A stretch of 60,092 bases of DNA, filler included, from Malassezia furfur (Eukaryota): NCBI GenBank assembly GCA_052055015.1. It is 6 parts of 6 records of this genome, joined end to end, with 100 filler letters (N's around TTAATTAATTAA, not from the genome) between each part and the next. Parts side by side here need not be neighbours in the genome. Positions count along the whole stretch, not along the records: positions 30,370 to 40,298 come from JBQJIT010000407.1; positions 40,399 to 50,202 come from JBQJIT010000408.1; 4 more parts are not named here. One strand, written 5' to 3'. Position numbers and translations under genes: made by a program. Under the pieces are notes generated by a model. That model ran no database searches. It was not told the origin of the DNA and saw only the letters and a list, made by a program, of their open reading frames with translations. Each line of letters starts with the position of its first letter. The first letter of the stretch is position 1. Positions 32,715 through 44,131 of the stretch are shown here, in pieces.

Positions 32715-35553
32715 TCATGCACCACTCTCTGCCGGCCCGAAGCGCTTGGTGATGGTCCCGTCCGCCTCCGAGTACACGTATCCGTTCGCCTTGAACACGC
32801 GGCTGAGCAGGAACGGACGCACGTCGTACAAATCGAGCTCCTTGGCCCGCGTCTCGAGCTCGCTGAGCGGCACCGTGACCGTGGTGGGCATCTCGGCCTG
32901 GCGCCGCGCGCCGCCGTACCGCGAGAACCGCATCTTGTCTTTCACGATCCCGCCCAGCAGGAACGCCAGCAGTTCGTCGGCGTCGCGTGCCTGGTGGATG
33001 TACTTGCGGAAGCCGCGCTCGAGCGTGCGCTTGATGCTCATCTTTTGCGCACTCACGAAGCTCTCGACCGTGGCACGGATCGCGACATCAATGTCGTCCG
33101 CGCGCACATAGTCGCGCAGGTGCATCTTGGCGCTCGCCTCGGCCATGCGGATCATGCTCTCGAGGTGGCGCACCGTGATGGGGTAGGAGCCCGTGTTGAG
33201 CGACTCGCGGCGCAGGTCCACGTACAGCCGCGACAGCCGCTCCTCGTCGAGCGCGTCGAGGCGTGGCGTGATCCGGTCGCGCGCGTACGTAATGTACTTG
33301 CGCAGCATGTCCTGCGGGATGATGTCGGCGTCCCACGTCGTCGCCACGCGCTGCTCGTCCACCTCGTCGTCAAAGAGCGGGTGCGCACGCGCGTGCGAGC
33401 TCACCACGAAGCGCGCAAGCATTTCGTCGTGCACCGGGTCGACCGTGTCCTTCACGACGCACAGCACGTCGAAACGGCTCAGAATCGGCTCGGTCAACTC
33501 CACATTCTGGCTGAAGGGCAGCGTGGGGTTGTAGCGCCCACGGATCGGATTCGCCGCGGCGACGATCGCGCAGCGCGCCTGCAGTGTCGCGATGATGCCC
33601 GCCTTGGAGATCGAGATGCTCTGCTGCTCCATCGCCTCATGGATCGACGTGCGGTCCGCGTCGTTCATCTTGTCAAACTCGTCGATCAGGCACACCCCCT
33701 TGTCGGCCAGCACGAGCGCGCCGCCCTCGAGCGTCCACTCGCGCGTGACCGGGTCGCGACGCACGCTCGCCGTGAGACCGACGGCCGAGGCGCCCTGGCC
33801 CGTGGCAAACACGGCGCGGCTCGCCGTCTTCTCGACGTACTTGAGGAACTGCGACTTGGCCGTGCCGGGGTCGCCGAGCAGCAGGACGTTGATGTCGCCG
33901 CGGATGCGGTGCTTGCCGCCGACGTCCTTCGACACGCCGCCAAACAGGCTCAGCGCGATCGCCGTCTTGATGCTCTCGTGCCCGTAGATACTCGGCGCGA
34001 TGCTCTTGATGATCCGCTTGCCGATGCGGTCGTCGCGCGCCAGCGCACGGATCGCCTGCTCATCGTCCTCGGTGAGGCGGAACGCGGCGTAGGCGTCGTC
34101 GCGCTTCGCAATATGGTTCGCCTCGATCACCGTCGCAAACACGGGGAAGCCGTTCTTGGTGTTGAGCGCCGCGTCAAAGTTGTTGCGGTAGATGCCCGTC
34201 ACTTCCACCTCCTCGCCCGGCTTGACGGCGTCCACGAGGTCCCAGAGCAAAATCACCTCGCGGTGCCGCGGCAGGCGCCCGGGCGGCACGCTGCCGGGCG
34301 ACTCTTGCAGCGTCATCTTTTGGTAGTTGCGGTACACCGTCTGCTCCGAGTTCACGCGGAACGGGCCGCGCCGCGAGCAGTTGCTGCAGTAGCTGATCTT
34401 GAGCTCCTGGTTCGCGTCCTGCCAGAACGGCCCCAGCACCTCGCCGCAGCTCAGGCAGTCAAACTTGACGTACTTGAGCTGCGGGAACACGCCCGAGCGC
34501 CGCGTCACCACACCGCTCACGCGCACCAGCGAGTTGAGGTTGCTCTGGCGCAGGTCGCGCAGCGTCACCGACGTCGGTAGGTCGGTGATGCGCACATGGA
34601 TCTCCGAGTGGATGCGGTCGTACGAGGGGTAGTAGAGCAGCACCACATCGAACGCCACCTCGTCAAAGATGGGCAATATGCTCGCTGGCGAGTTGGCGAG
34701 GAAGTAGGCGAGGATCGCTTTCGCCTCGACGAGCTGCAGGAACGACACCTCCAGCGACTCGAGGTTCAGCTCACCGAGCGTCTTGATCCGCTGGCCATAC
34801 ACACTCACACCCTGCTCGTCGACGTACGTCACCAAAAAGTTGCGGAACTCGCGCACAATCGTCCGCCGCACGTTCTCGGTCGCGACCCACGCCGCGATGC
34901 TGTCCGCCTTGACGTCGCCCAGCTGCTCGATCGGCAGCTCGTCCTCGAGACGCTCCTCATCACGATCCTCATCGTAGTGTCGCCGCCGCCGGCGGTGCAG
35001 CACGTCGTCCTCGCTCTCCTCGTCGCTCTGAAGGAAGGTGGGGGCACGTCGCGAAATGCGTCCGACGCCCTCGGCGCGGTCGCGACGCGCCATGCGCAGC
35101 TCGGCCAGCCGGCGCGCATCCGTGCTCATCTGCTCAACATAGGTGTCGTCCATCCCCTCGGACGTGTACTGGTCCAGCTCGGGGTTCGCCGTGTAATCGC
35201 TGGCGTCAGTGCACGCGACACGACGTACGCTTCGAGTGTGTCGCCAAACAGATCCTCGCCCTCGCCCTCCTCGATGTCATCATCTATGTCGCGCACACCC
35301 TCTTCCTCGTCCAGCACGCTGCGCTCCTCCGCATCATCGCCGTCGGTCAGGTCGGACAACGCGCCGGGTGGACTCGAGGTCGGCAGCGACGACGGCGGAA
35401 TCGACGACGCGCGCTCGTTGCCTGCGTCACTCTCGCCGGACGCCGCCCATGGGGACGATGGATCGAGAGGCCCACGCGACGTTGAGCGCCGCCGCTTGCG
35501 CCCACTGGCGTCACGATCGGAAGACTGGGCGTTAGTGCTGCCTCACGTACCAT
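32715..35553 (-). CDS. MCM2: MCM2 replicative helicase subunit
   Basis: GEDLFGD, VPPGRLPRHREVILL, GDPGTAKSQ, IDEFDKM, SRFD. Introns 35525-35550 (26 nt, after an ATG-only exon) and 35200-35228 (29 nt). Confidence 0.96.
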
Positions 35554-35614
35554 GCCCGTGGAGGTCGACGAGGCGCCGCGCGACGATGGCTTATGTAAGT
35601 CCTTCGCGCGCGCG

Positions 35615-36955
35615 ATGAGCACAGCGTGTCTGGCTTGTGCGCTGCTGGACCACACCGCGGCGGTCGCGGCGTCCTCGCACGCGACCGCGCGCCTGCCCCA
35701 GACAAAGCAGCTCGTGATCCTCGAGGGCAGCTTGGCGCAGTCTCCGGCGTGCGTCGTGCGCGAAATGGTGCGCAGGAACGATGCGCGGTATGTGGGTCAT
35801 TGCTGACGCAGCGGCGAAGCCAACCTGGTTGTCTGCCTCGCACACACGCCAGCAGAGCTCGGGGCGCCTGCCCAGCTCAATTTTGCACGCACGCCCTCAC
35901 TGACGCTGCGCGAGCTCGAGTGCCGCTTGCGTGAACGGATTCAGTGCACCACGGGGCGCATCACGCTTGTCCTGGACACGCTCGATGCGTTGCTTGACAA
36001 GACGGGGTGCAGTGTGCCGGAAGCACATGCGATGATCGGGCGCCTCACCAAGACGCTGCCGAGCTACTCACGCATGGTCGTCGTGTCCGCCGTCGACGCC
36101 AGCCCCGCGGCGCTGGCGGTCGTTGCGTCGCTCTCCTCGCCGCTATTCTGGAGTGGTCAGGAGCCCGAGCAACGCACGCACGACGGCCAGTGGACGCATG
36201 CGACCATCTTTGCACGCGTGCACCCCGTTGCGCTAGTCCGGCATCTGTATACCACCTATGGCCTCACGCCGCCGACCTCGAGTATGCCGCTGCGCCGCGC
36301 GGCGTACGCGGAAGCAGGCCAGACTCCGCCGCAGATCGACGAGCACAAGACCGATACGCGGTTCTGGAGCGTGCTGCACAGCGTCGCGAGCCGCGGGCCG
36401 TTCGGCGTGGACGGCGCACAGGGCGGCTGGTGGAATGCGTCGCGCACGTCGCATCTGCACGACCTGGATGCGCTCGCGGCGCCGCACACGCCCGAGCTGA
36501 GCGCCGAGCAGGTGCTTGGGCTGCACAACGATACCCGCGAACTGTATACCAAAGGCATCGGTTTCCTCGAGCTGCATGCGACGATGGCTCATGGCAAGTA
36601 CGCAGAGGAGCTGGCGGCGTGTGCGCACGACCCACAGCCACAAGGCGGCGCGCGTCTGCGGCTGCTTTCGCTCGACATGGACACGAGCGCGCCATCGCCG
36701 ATGCCACAGGCCGCTGCCGCGGACCCCCACGCAAGTCTCGTACAGCAGTTGCCCTTCAACCTGCAAGAAACGGGCGAGCAGCGCGAGCGGCGCGAGCAAG
36801 TCGCGTTGCCATACGCCTACCAGCTGCAGGGCGCACAAGAGCCTGCACCCGAGTCAGCGTGGCGCGGGTCGACGGGGCAAAGTGCCATTTTCTTCGAGCC
36901 AGAGAGCGAGGATGACGAGGATGACGACGATCCTGACGATGACTTGGACGTGTAG
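35615..36955 (+). CDS. Elongator subunit Elp5/Iki1-like
   Basis: C-terminal LPFNL..Q.ERREQVALPY..AIFFEPESEDDEDDDDPDDDL. Intron 35788-35811 (24 nt, contains stop). Start codon uncertain. Confidence 0.7.
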
Positions 36956-37806
36956 CTACATAGCCAGTTTCTCGAGCACCTTATTCGCGAACAACACGCC
37001 GGCGACCGAACATGTCACCCAGAAAAGGATCCGCCACTTGGACTTGGCGTTTTGTGCAGGCTCCGGCGCCGGCGTCTGCGGCGCGGCGTCCGACGCCGGC
37101 GGCGCCGGACTGGCAGACGGGGCGTCGGACGCTGGGGCGGACGCGCGCTTTCCCGGAGCCTTGGTCGCGGCAGGCGCGGGCGCGGCGGGCGCAGCGGCCG
37201 GTCGCGACATGTTCGGCAGGTCCTTGGCCACTGGGCCCGTGTATTCAGGGAACAGCTGGGTGAAGCGCCGCTGGCGCAGATTGTATGCGTGCGACTGCGC
37301 CGCCAGCAGACGACGCTCGCGCGCCGAGACGAGCACGGAGCCGGTGGTCAGCTCGTCGGTGCACATGAACGACAAGAGTCCAATCAATCTGCGTGAGCAT
37401 GTGGCAGGCGACGTACATCGACGACACCGACCATGCTGGATTCCAGCTGCCGGGGTGGAAATCACTCATCGACGTGCAGATGCGGGTGTCCGGCTGGAAC
37501 CGGCCGCTCGGCGTCTGTACTTTGATACCGCTGTATTAGTTGCTTCCACGTACGGCGGCTTGAAAGGATAGTCGCCCGGGAAGAGGAGCTGGCCCCAATA
37601 CTCGCCGCCCTCGTACGGCGTGCCTGGTGGGCCACGCAGGATAAAGTGCCTTGGATGAGCGGGGCACGTACCATTCCAGGATATTGTCCTCCCGCGGCCG
37701 CGCATAACACAGCGGCGGCGGGTCCTTTTCCATCAACACGGCCTCCTTGCCGAGCTGTGTGAGCAGCTTCGCGACCTACTCGCTTCGACGCTGCCTTGGT
37801 CGCCAT
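36956..37806 (-). CDS. UBC6: ER tail-anchored ubiquitin-conjugating enzyme
   Basis: [59 protein letters not shown]-terminal TM. Introns 37755-79, 37650-71, 37531-53, 37389-37416. Confidence 0.93.
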
Positions 37807-37871
37807 GGTCGGTGCACGATGCACGTGACCGGACTTGACGCGAGACGCGCTACACGACGCGTGCTTTGGCC

Positions 37872-38866
37872 ATGGCGTTTGGACAGAAAGGACCGGGCCG
37901 GCCGCGCGGGCGTCCGCCGAAGGATCCAAACGCGCGCGCATATGCTACGGATGATCGCGCATATACGAAGCGTAAACTTGACACCGTAGGCGGCAGCGTG
38001 CTCGACCCTGTGCTGGCACGGCAGAGCGTCGACGATGTCGAGGCGGCTCTGCAGCAGGTGCGGTCGCAGTACGAACAGAACATCGACGAGCGCATCGCCC
38101 AGGCGACGCGAGAGCGCGAAGCGATCCAGGAGCAATTCGACAGGCTCAAGGAGCTGCGTGTCACCCAGAGCGAAAAGACGCTCGTGGAGTGGAAGCGTGC
38201 GAGCGAAGCACGGCAGCGGCGTACGTGCACCCTCCTACTGACCCCAGACATGACCGAGTCACTCAACGCGTGGAAGCAGCGCGCGGAGCACGCGGAACAC
38301 CGGCTACGCGAGCTTGAGCGCGAAGAGGGCGCGGGACCCAGCGCATCTGCGCCGAACCGGCGCGTGCAACAACTCGAAGACGAAGTTGCACGACTCACAG
38401 AGAAGCTGGCCACAACACAACGGGAATTCGACGCGGAGACCAAACGTGTGGCGGAGCTCGAGCAAGCGCCATCCCGCGCGACGAACGACGAGCGTGCCGT
38501 GCGGCGATTGTACGAGGACCTGACTGGGTTTTTTATTAGCGACGTGGAAGTCTACGACACGGCCCATGATCTGCATCGTTTCCGCTTCCTATTTACGAGT
38601 GCAGGATATCATGGCATGTACACTCTAACTGACAGACAGACCTGCAATTCACCCTCGAGGAGTCGCAGCTCAAAGTGACCCCACGCGTGGGGACTTCAGC
38701 GGACGTGCGTGATGATCTAGTCTATATCCCCCACCTGGACGAGGAACGCGATGCGGCCCTACTCGATTCGCCCACGATGCCAAGCCACTTTTTGGAACAG
38801 ATTCGATTCGAGCGAAGCGCCGCACCCAGATTCCTCACGGCGCTGCAGAAAGGACTGAAAAAGTAA
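37872..38866 (+). CDS. CSM1: Monopolin subunit Csm1/Pcs1 with N-terminal AT-hook
   Basis: Coiled coil, then LYEDLTG..I, L.F.L, YIPHLDEERD..L..P..F.EQIRF..A.RF. Introns 38221-38247 (27 nt) and GC-AG 38614-38639 (26 nt). Confidence 0.78.
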
Positions 38867-38905
38867 TGTAGGTCGCTAGATCGGCAGTGCTGCAGCAGCT
38901 GCATG

Positions 38906-39156
38906 GCCGCGGACGCCAGGCTATCTCCACGGAGCTCTTCCGCATGCTGCCCATATTGACGCGAGCGCCGGCCCCCAAACTCGCGCGAAGTCGGTCATTG
39001 GTTGGTCCAATGTGTTGTCAATGTTGCGCGCGCGTGTTTTTTTTTTCTGTTGTGGTGCACGGGTAATTAAGTCGTGCGTGTCCGCGGACCTCCGGCCCTA
39101 GAAGACGACGCGCTGGTTGGCCCAAACGTGGAGGCTGTATGCGTGAATCCCACGGA
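38906..39156. promoter_or_regulatory. Cluster of PDRE-like everted CCG/CGG elements upstream of the ABC transporter
   Basis: TCCGCGGA 39081-88, TCCACGGA 38926-33, GCCGCGGA 38906-13, CCCACGGA 39149-56. Confidence 0.45.
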
Positions 39157-39277
39157 TATGGCACCTTGTGATTACTCAGGTGTTCGGATATTAGGGTGAA
39201 CGGGCTCGGCGCTGTATGGTCACGGCCGGCGCTAGGCTTATAATAACATAGATCTCTCGGCTCGATCTTTCCCCTTG

Positions 39278-40298
39278 ATGTCGCTTGGTGCCGCTCATGC
39301 GACTCCCTTGAAGGGAGTCGCTTTTGGTCCGGGACAAGACCGATTGCCCGAGCACGAGCTGGCATCGGCCATTCCCTCTGCAAGCTACATCTACTCGAGC
39401 CTGACGTCTGACTCGGCGACGTCGCGCCCCGAGAGCCAAGAGTCGCAGTTTGTTGATGCGCCCAGCCTGCCTACGGACGCGACGCATACCCAGCGCTGCA
39501 GCGCGACGGCGCCTGTTGCGCAGGACGCGTCTACTATCCCATCTTCGTACCTGACGACGCCCACTGAGGGTGCGGCGGCACCGCTGCCGTCCAGCAGCGC
39601 GGCTCTGGTCGACGAGCACCATGCGTACCCTGTAGATGTGTCGCGGTCGAGCGATTCGGGCAAGACGCGCGTGAACGCTGAAAGCCTCGACCCAGCCGGC
39701 GCGCATGCGCTTTCGGAGCGCTTGGGCAAGGAGCACGAGGAGATGCAGAGACGTGAGGCCGAGGCCGGCGATGCCGAGAAGCAGACGTGGAATGACGGCA
39801 CCGCTGATCCGTTCGACACGGAAAAGAAGTTCTCGCTCGAAAAATTCCTGAGTGGCTATCTGGGCGAGCTGCAGGAGCGCAACATCGTTGAGCCCAACAT
39901 GGGTCTTGCGTTCCGCAACCTGAACGTGACCGGCCATGGCAGTGGTGCCAAGTTCAACATGACGATCGGCTCCATGTTCACTGCGCCGTTCCGCATGCTG
40001 GTCGAGTTCCGCAGCCTGTTCAAGCGACACGTGCGTCACATCCTGTACGATGTGACGGGCTGTGTGAAACCCGGTGAGATGCTCTTGGTTCTGGGCCGCC
40101 CAGGCAGCGGTAGCACGACGCTACTCAAGTCGCTCTGCTCGTACCGTGACGGCTATCGCAGCATCGAGGGCGACATTAGCTACGAGGGCTTTGACTACAA
40201 GGCGATCCAGGGCCCGCTGCGTGGTGAGGTCGTGTATGCGCCGGAGGACGATGTGCACTTTGCCACGCTCTCGGTGAAGAACACGCTCGACTTTGCTG
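39278..40298 (+). CDS. PDR-type ABCG transporter (Snq2/Pdr-like), 5' part
   Basis: GLAFRNLNVTG, ILYDVTGCVKPGEMLLVLGRPGSGSTTLLK, EVVYAPEDDVHFATLSV..TLDFA. Truncated by gap. Confidence 0.92.
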
Positions 40299-40398
40299 NN
40301 NNNNNNNNNNNNNNNNNNNNNNNNNNNNNNNNNNNNNNNNNNTTAATTAATTAANNNNNNNNNNNNNNNNNNNNNNNNNNNNNNNNNNNNNNNNNNNN
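40299..40398. other. Artificial contig spacer
   Basis: N run + TTAATTAATTAA. Confidence 0.98.
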
Positions 40399-41951
40399 TG
40401 CGGAGGCGCCGGCGCCGGTGTGGGGGTGGTCTCTGCCGCCGTCGGATGCGGCTGCGGCTGCGGCTGCGCAGCGCCGCGCGGCGAGTCGGTATGCGCCTCT
40501 GGCTCGCACGCAATGTGGCGCACCCATGCGCCGACCGCACCGAGGTAGCCCTCGTGCCGGAGGAAGTAGGCACGGCGGCGCCCTTGGCTCCAGAAACGAA
40601 TGGCGTACGACAGCGTCGAGATGGTTGCCTGGTGCCCACGGATGAAGCACCCGCCGAAGTAGACGCGGTCGAGCTTGTACTTTTCCGCGTTGAGGTGCGC
40701 AATCTGCCCGATGTTGTTGCTGATCGCATAGAGCAGGCTGCGGCAGATGTCCTCCTGACGGAAGCGCGCGCGGCGGCGGGCGGACTCGTCGGCAGGTGCG
40801 CCGTGGTGGTCGTCGTCGTCGCGGTCCCAGCGGAACACCTTGCCGAAGCTCGAGGCAATGGTGGATGCCTTGAGCCCGAGGTGGTCGAGGCCGACGGCGC
40901 CGTAGATGTCGCCGACGAGCATGTCGACGTTGTTGTTGTTGCCGCGCGCACACATTTCGAGCATTTCGTCAAAGTTGCGCGCGTCGGTGAGCAGGCCGAG
41001 CAGGCCCCAGAGCGTGCCGCCGCCGAGCGACGTGCCGCTGACGCGCTCAAAGTGCCCCGACTCATCGACCTTGAGGATGCTGACGCCCGACCCAATGTTC
41101 ACGAGGAGGCACGGCAGCTTGGGCGACGGCTCGCTCTCAAACATCGGCTGGTACAGCGGGGGCTGCGGCGAGGGGCGCGGCATGTCCTCGGTGAACGAGC
41201 TTGGCATGCTCGAGTCGCCGCGCGGCACGGTGCTGCTCGTGAGCTGCTTGTACATTTCGTAGAACTCGTCGACCTGCTGGTCCGAGTACCAGAACACCTC
41301 GTCTGGGATGAGCGTCATAAAGTTGAGGCCCGTGATGAGGCACTGCATCTCGTCCTCCTTGAGTACCTCGATGCCCAGCTCGCGCTCGAACAGGTCGTAG
41401 AAGAGGTGCGCGCCGCCGCCCGTCGCCATGAGCTTGACGCTGCGCCGCATCTCGGCGAGGTCGACGCCGTTCGTGCGCGCGCTCTGCGCAATGAGCTCGT
41501 GCAGGAAGCGCACGCACGACTGGATGTCGCCGGTCTCGAACTTGACAAAGTTGAGGCGCCCGCCGGGGAAGTGGTCCGGGAGCGAGCGGCGGCGCAGCTT
41601 GCGTGGGTCGAACGACGAGGCGAGCGACGCGGGGTGCGCGGCCGCCGCGCCGTCCTGGCGGAGCAGCGCAGCGGGGGCGAGCGTGCCCTGTGGCACGGGG
41701 TGCTCACGGTCGGCCTGCGCGAGCTGCGGGCTGGTGGCACTGCGCGACGCATGCGTGAAGTAGACGACCTTGGCGAGCGACCCCCCGATGTCGACGGCGA
41801 TGTGCGACACCGACTCGATGTAGTTCGGGAGGTAAATGTCGTGGCTGTCGCCTACGGGCCGGTTGGCGTGCGGCAGCTCGTCGTCGATGATGCGCGCCCC
41901 ATGCGTGGTGAGGGAGATGTCCACCGGCACCGCGCTCGGCGGCTCAAACAT
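40399..41951 (-). CDS. CAB1: Type II pantothenate kinase (3'-truncated)
   Basis: AVDIGGSLAK, ATGGGA, EDEM.CLI.GL, LVNIGSGVS, GTSLGGGT, VDMLVGDIYG, FLRHEGYLGA. Confidence 0.94.
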
Positions 41952-42036
41952 GGCGCTCCGAAGGAAGCGCTGGGGAAGCGCTGACTCAGCCACACGTGGA
42001 GCGCACGGCGCGGCGCGGCGACGCTGTCTCTTCGCC

Positions 42037-44076
42037 ATGTCGGGGTACAAGTACGATGACGAGGGCGGGCAGTTCTTCACGTTCGCCCTGACCGCCGTCG
42101 TGGCATTCCTTGTGCCGTACACGTACAAGACGCTCTTCTCGCGCGTGCGCAGCGTCGCGCACGGATGGCTCGACCGCCGCGGACACAAAACGCGCACCGC
42201 CCAGCGCCTGATGCGCTCGTCGTGGGCGCGCACCGCGGCCAAGGGCGCCGTGCTCGTCGCGGGCTGGGCGCTCGTCGCGTACCTCGTGCGCAGGATCGCG
42301 ACCGCGGCAAAAAACTCGACGCACGCCGTGTACGATCCGTTTGCGATCCTCGGCATCGCCGCCTCGGCGACCGAGAAGGAGATCCGCCGCCGCTACCGCA
42401 AGCTCAGCGTGCAGTTCCACCCGGACAAGCTGCGCAACGTCGCGAACCAGACCAAGGAGGAGATCGATGCGCACTACATCGAGCTCACCAAGGCGTACAA
42501 ATCGCTCACCGACGAGACCATCCGCAAGAACCTCGAGCTGTACGGCCACCCCGACGGACGCCAGGAGATGTCGCTCGGCATCGCCCTGCCGACGTGGATC
42601 GTGGATAGCCAGAACAGCGCCTGGGTGCTCGGCGCGTACGGCCTCGTGCTCGCGATCGGCCTGCCGCTCCTCGTCGCACGCTGGTGGTACGGCACGCGCG
42701 CACGCACCAAGGACGGTGTGCTGAATGCGACCGCGCTCAACTTCTTCACCTCGCTGAAGAAGGACATGCGCCGTGCCGAGATCTTTGCGCTGCTCGGCCG
42801 CACCGCGGAGCTCACGACGTATGCGGCGCAGCTCACGGCCGCGGACGAAGCGGCGTACGACGCGCTCGAGAAGGAGACGCGCGCGGTGTACCAGCGGCTG
42901 CACGGCCACGACGTCGTGCACGACGGCATGCCCGTGCGTGTGCGCCGCGCGACGGTGCTGCTCGCCGCGTACTTGCACCGCGTCGCGTCGCCCAACGCGC
43001 ACGTGGAAGAGGGTACGTCGCCCACTGACGCAGTGAAATACGCCATCGGCCACTACACCGACAAGTTGCTCACGAGCCTGCTGGCGATGAGCTCGGCGCA
43101 CCGCCGCCTCGAGCAGACGTCGGTAGTGCGCGACATGATCCCGTGCGTTGCGCAGGCCGTGCCGGTCGAGGGCGGCAGCCTGGCCGAGATCTGGCAGCTG
43201 CCGCACATGACGCTGCCGCTCGCCGAGGCGCTGCTGCAGCACGAGCCGGTGGCCACGCGCGGCCTCCAGGGGCTGTGGAAGGTGCCGGACGCGGAGCGCC
43301 GCAAGACGCTCGTCGGCGACGGCAAGCTCACCGACGCCGCGTACCAGGAGCTGGTCCGTGCGCTGGGCGAGTGGCCGCGCATCGAGCTGGTGGACGCCTA
43401 CTTCACGGTGATGGGCGAGGAGCAGGTGACCGCCGGCGCGCTCATGCAGCTCGTGGTCAAGGTGCGCCTGCTGCCGCTCAAGCGCGACGGCTCGCTCCTG
43501 CGCGACGGCCGCCGCCTCGACGCCAAGGACAAGGCGAAGGAGAGCCACGTGCGGCCGGGCACGGAGGAGTTCGCGCAGGACCCGATGCAGGACCCGCACG
43601 ATGGGAAGCGCACGATGGGCGTCGCACACGTGCCGCACTTTGCCGAGGAGCGCAAGCCGCACTGGTTCGTGCAGATGGGCGACCACAAGAACGACCACCT
43701 GATCATTGCGCCGACCAAGTTCACCGACCTCGACACCAGCGAGCTGCGCACCGTGCGCATCAACGTGCAGGCGCCGGCAGAGCCGGGCGTGTTCACGTTC
43801 ATGGTCAGCATCACCTCGGACTCGTACCTCGGCTCGTCGGCGTCGCAGCTGCTCAAGTTGCGCGTTGAAGAGGCACCGGTCGTCAACGAGGACGACGAAG
43901 ACGACATTTCCGACCCAGAGGAGGATACCATTGCGGGCCAGATGGCGTTGATGCGTGGCGAGCGCGTCAAGCCGGCGGCCGTGTATGCCGAGGACGACGA
44001 TGAGGAAGAGGAGGAGGAGGAGAGCGACGAGGAGGAGAGCGACGACGATACCGACAGCGATAGCGACTCTGACTAG
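42037..44076 (+). CDS. SEC63: Sec63 translocon J-domain subunit
   Basis: YKYDDEG.FF, J domain with HPD, YGHPDG, GIALP, Sec63 domain, acidic tail. In-frame 21-nt intron 43013-43033. Confidence 0.95.
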   Translation: MSGYKYDDEGGQFFTFALTAVVAFLVPYTYKTLFSRVRSVAHGWLDRRGHKTRTAQRLMRSSWARTAAKGAVLVAGWALVAYLVRRIATAAKNSTHAVYDPFAILGIAASATEKEIRRRYRKLSVQFHPDKLRNVANQTKEEIDAHYIELTKAYKSLTDETIRKNLELYGHPDGRQEMSLGIALPTWIVDSQNSAWVLGAYGLVLAIGLPLLVARWWYGTRARTKDGVLNATALNFFTSLKKDMRRAEIFALLGRTAELTTYAAQLTAADEAAYDALEKETRAVYQRLHGHDVVHDGMPVRVRRATVLLAAYLHRVASPNAHVEEGTSPTDAVKYAIGHYTDKLLTSLLAMSSAHRRLEQTSVVRDMIPCVAQAVPVEGGSLAEIWQLPHMTLPLAEALLQHEPVATRGLQGLWKVPDAERRKTLVGDGKLTDAAYQELVRALGEWPRIELVDAYFTVMGEEQVTAGALMQLVVKVRLLPLKRDGSLLRDGRRLDAKDKAKESHVRPGTEEFAQDPMQDPHDGKRTMGVAHVPHFAEERKPHWFVQMGDHKNDHLIIAPTKFTDLDTSELRTVRINVQAPAEPGVFTFMVSITSDSYLGSSASQLLKLRVEEAPVVNEDDEDDISDPEEDTIAGQMALMRGERVKPAAVYAEDDDEEEEEEESDEEESDDDTDSDSDSD

Positions 44077-44131
44077 GTTCGTTGCAAAAGTACCCCCATC
44101 CCAGGTAGACGCCGCGCGGCGGTGCGTGTGC

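Noticed and set aside
35551..35554. CATG giving overlapping divergent start codons for MCM2 and the ELP5-like ORF
   Set aside because: Use of both would leave no promoter. The in-frame ATG at 35615 is the more plausible ELP5 start; cannot be settled without TSS data.
35612..35619. PAC-like motif GCGATGAG
   Set aside because: It coincides with the predicted start codon context rather than an upstream element.
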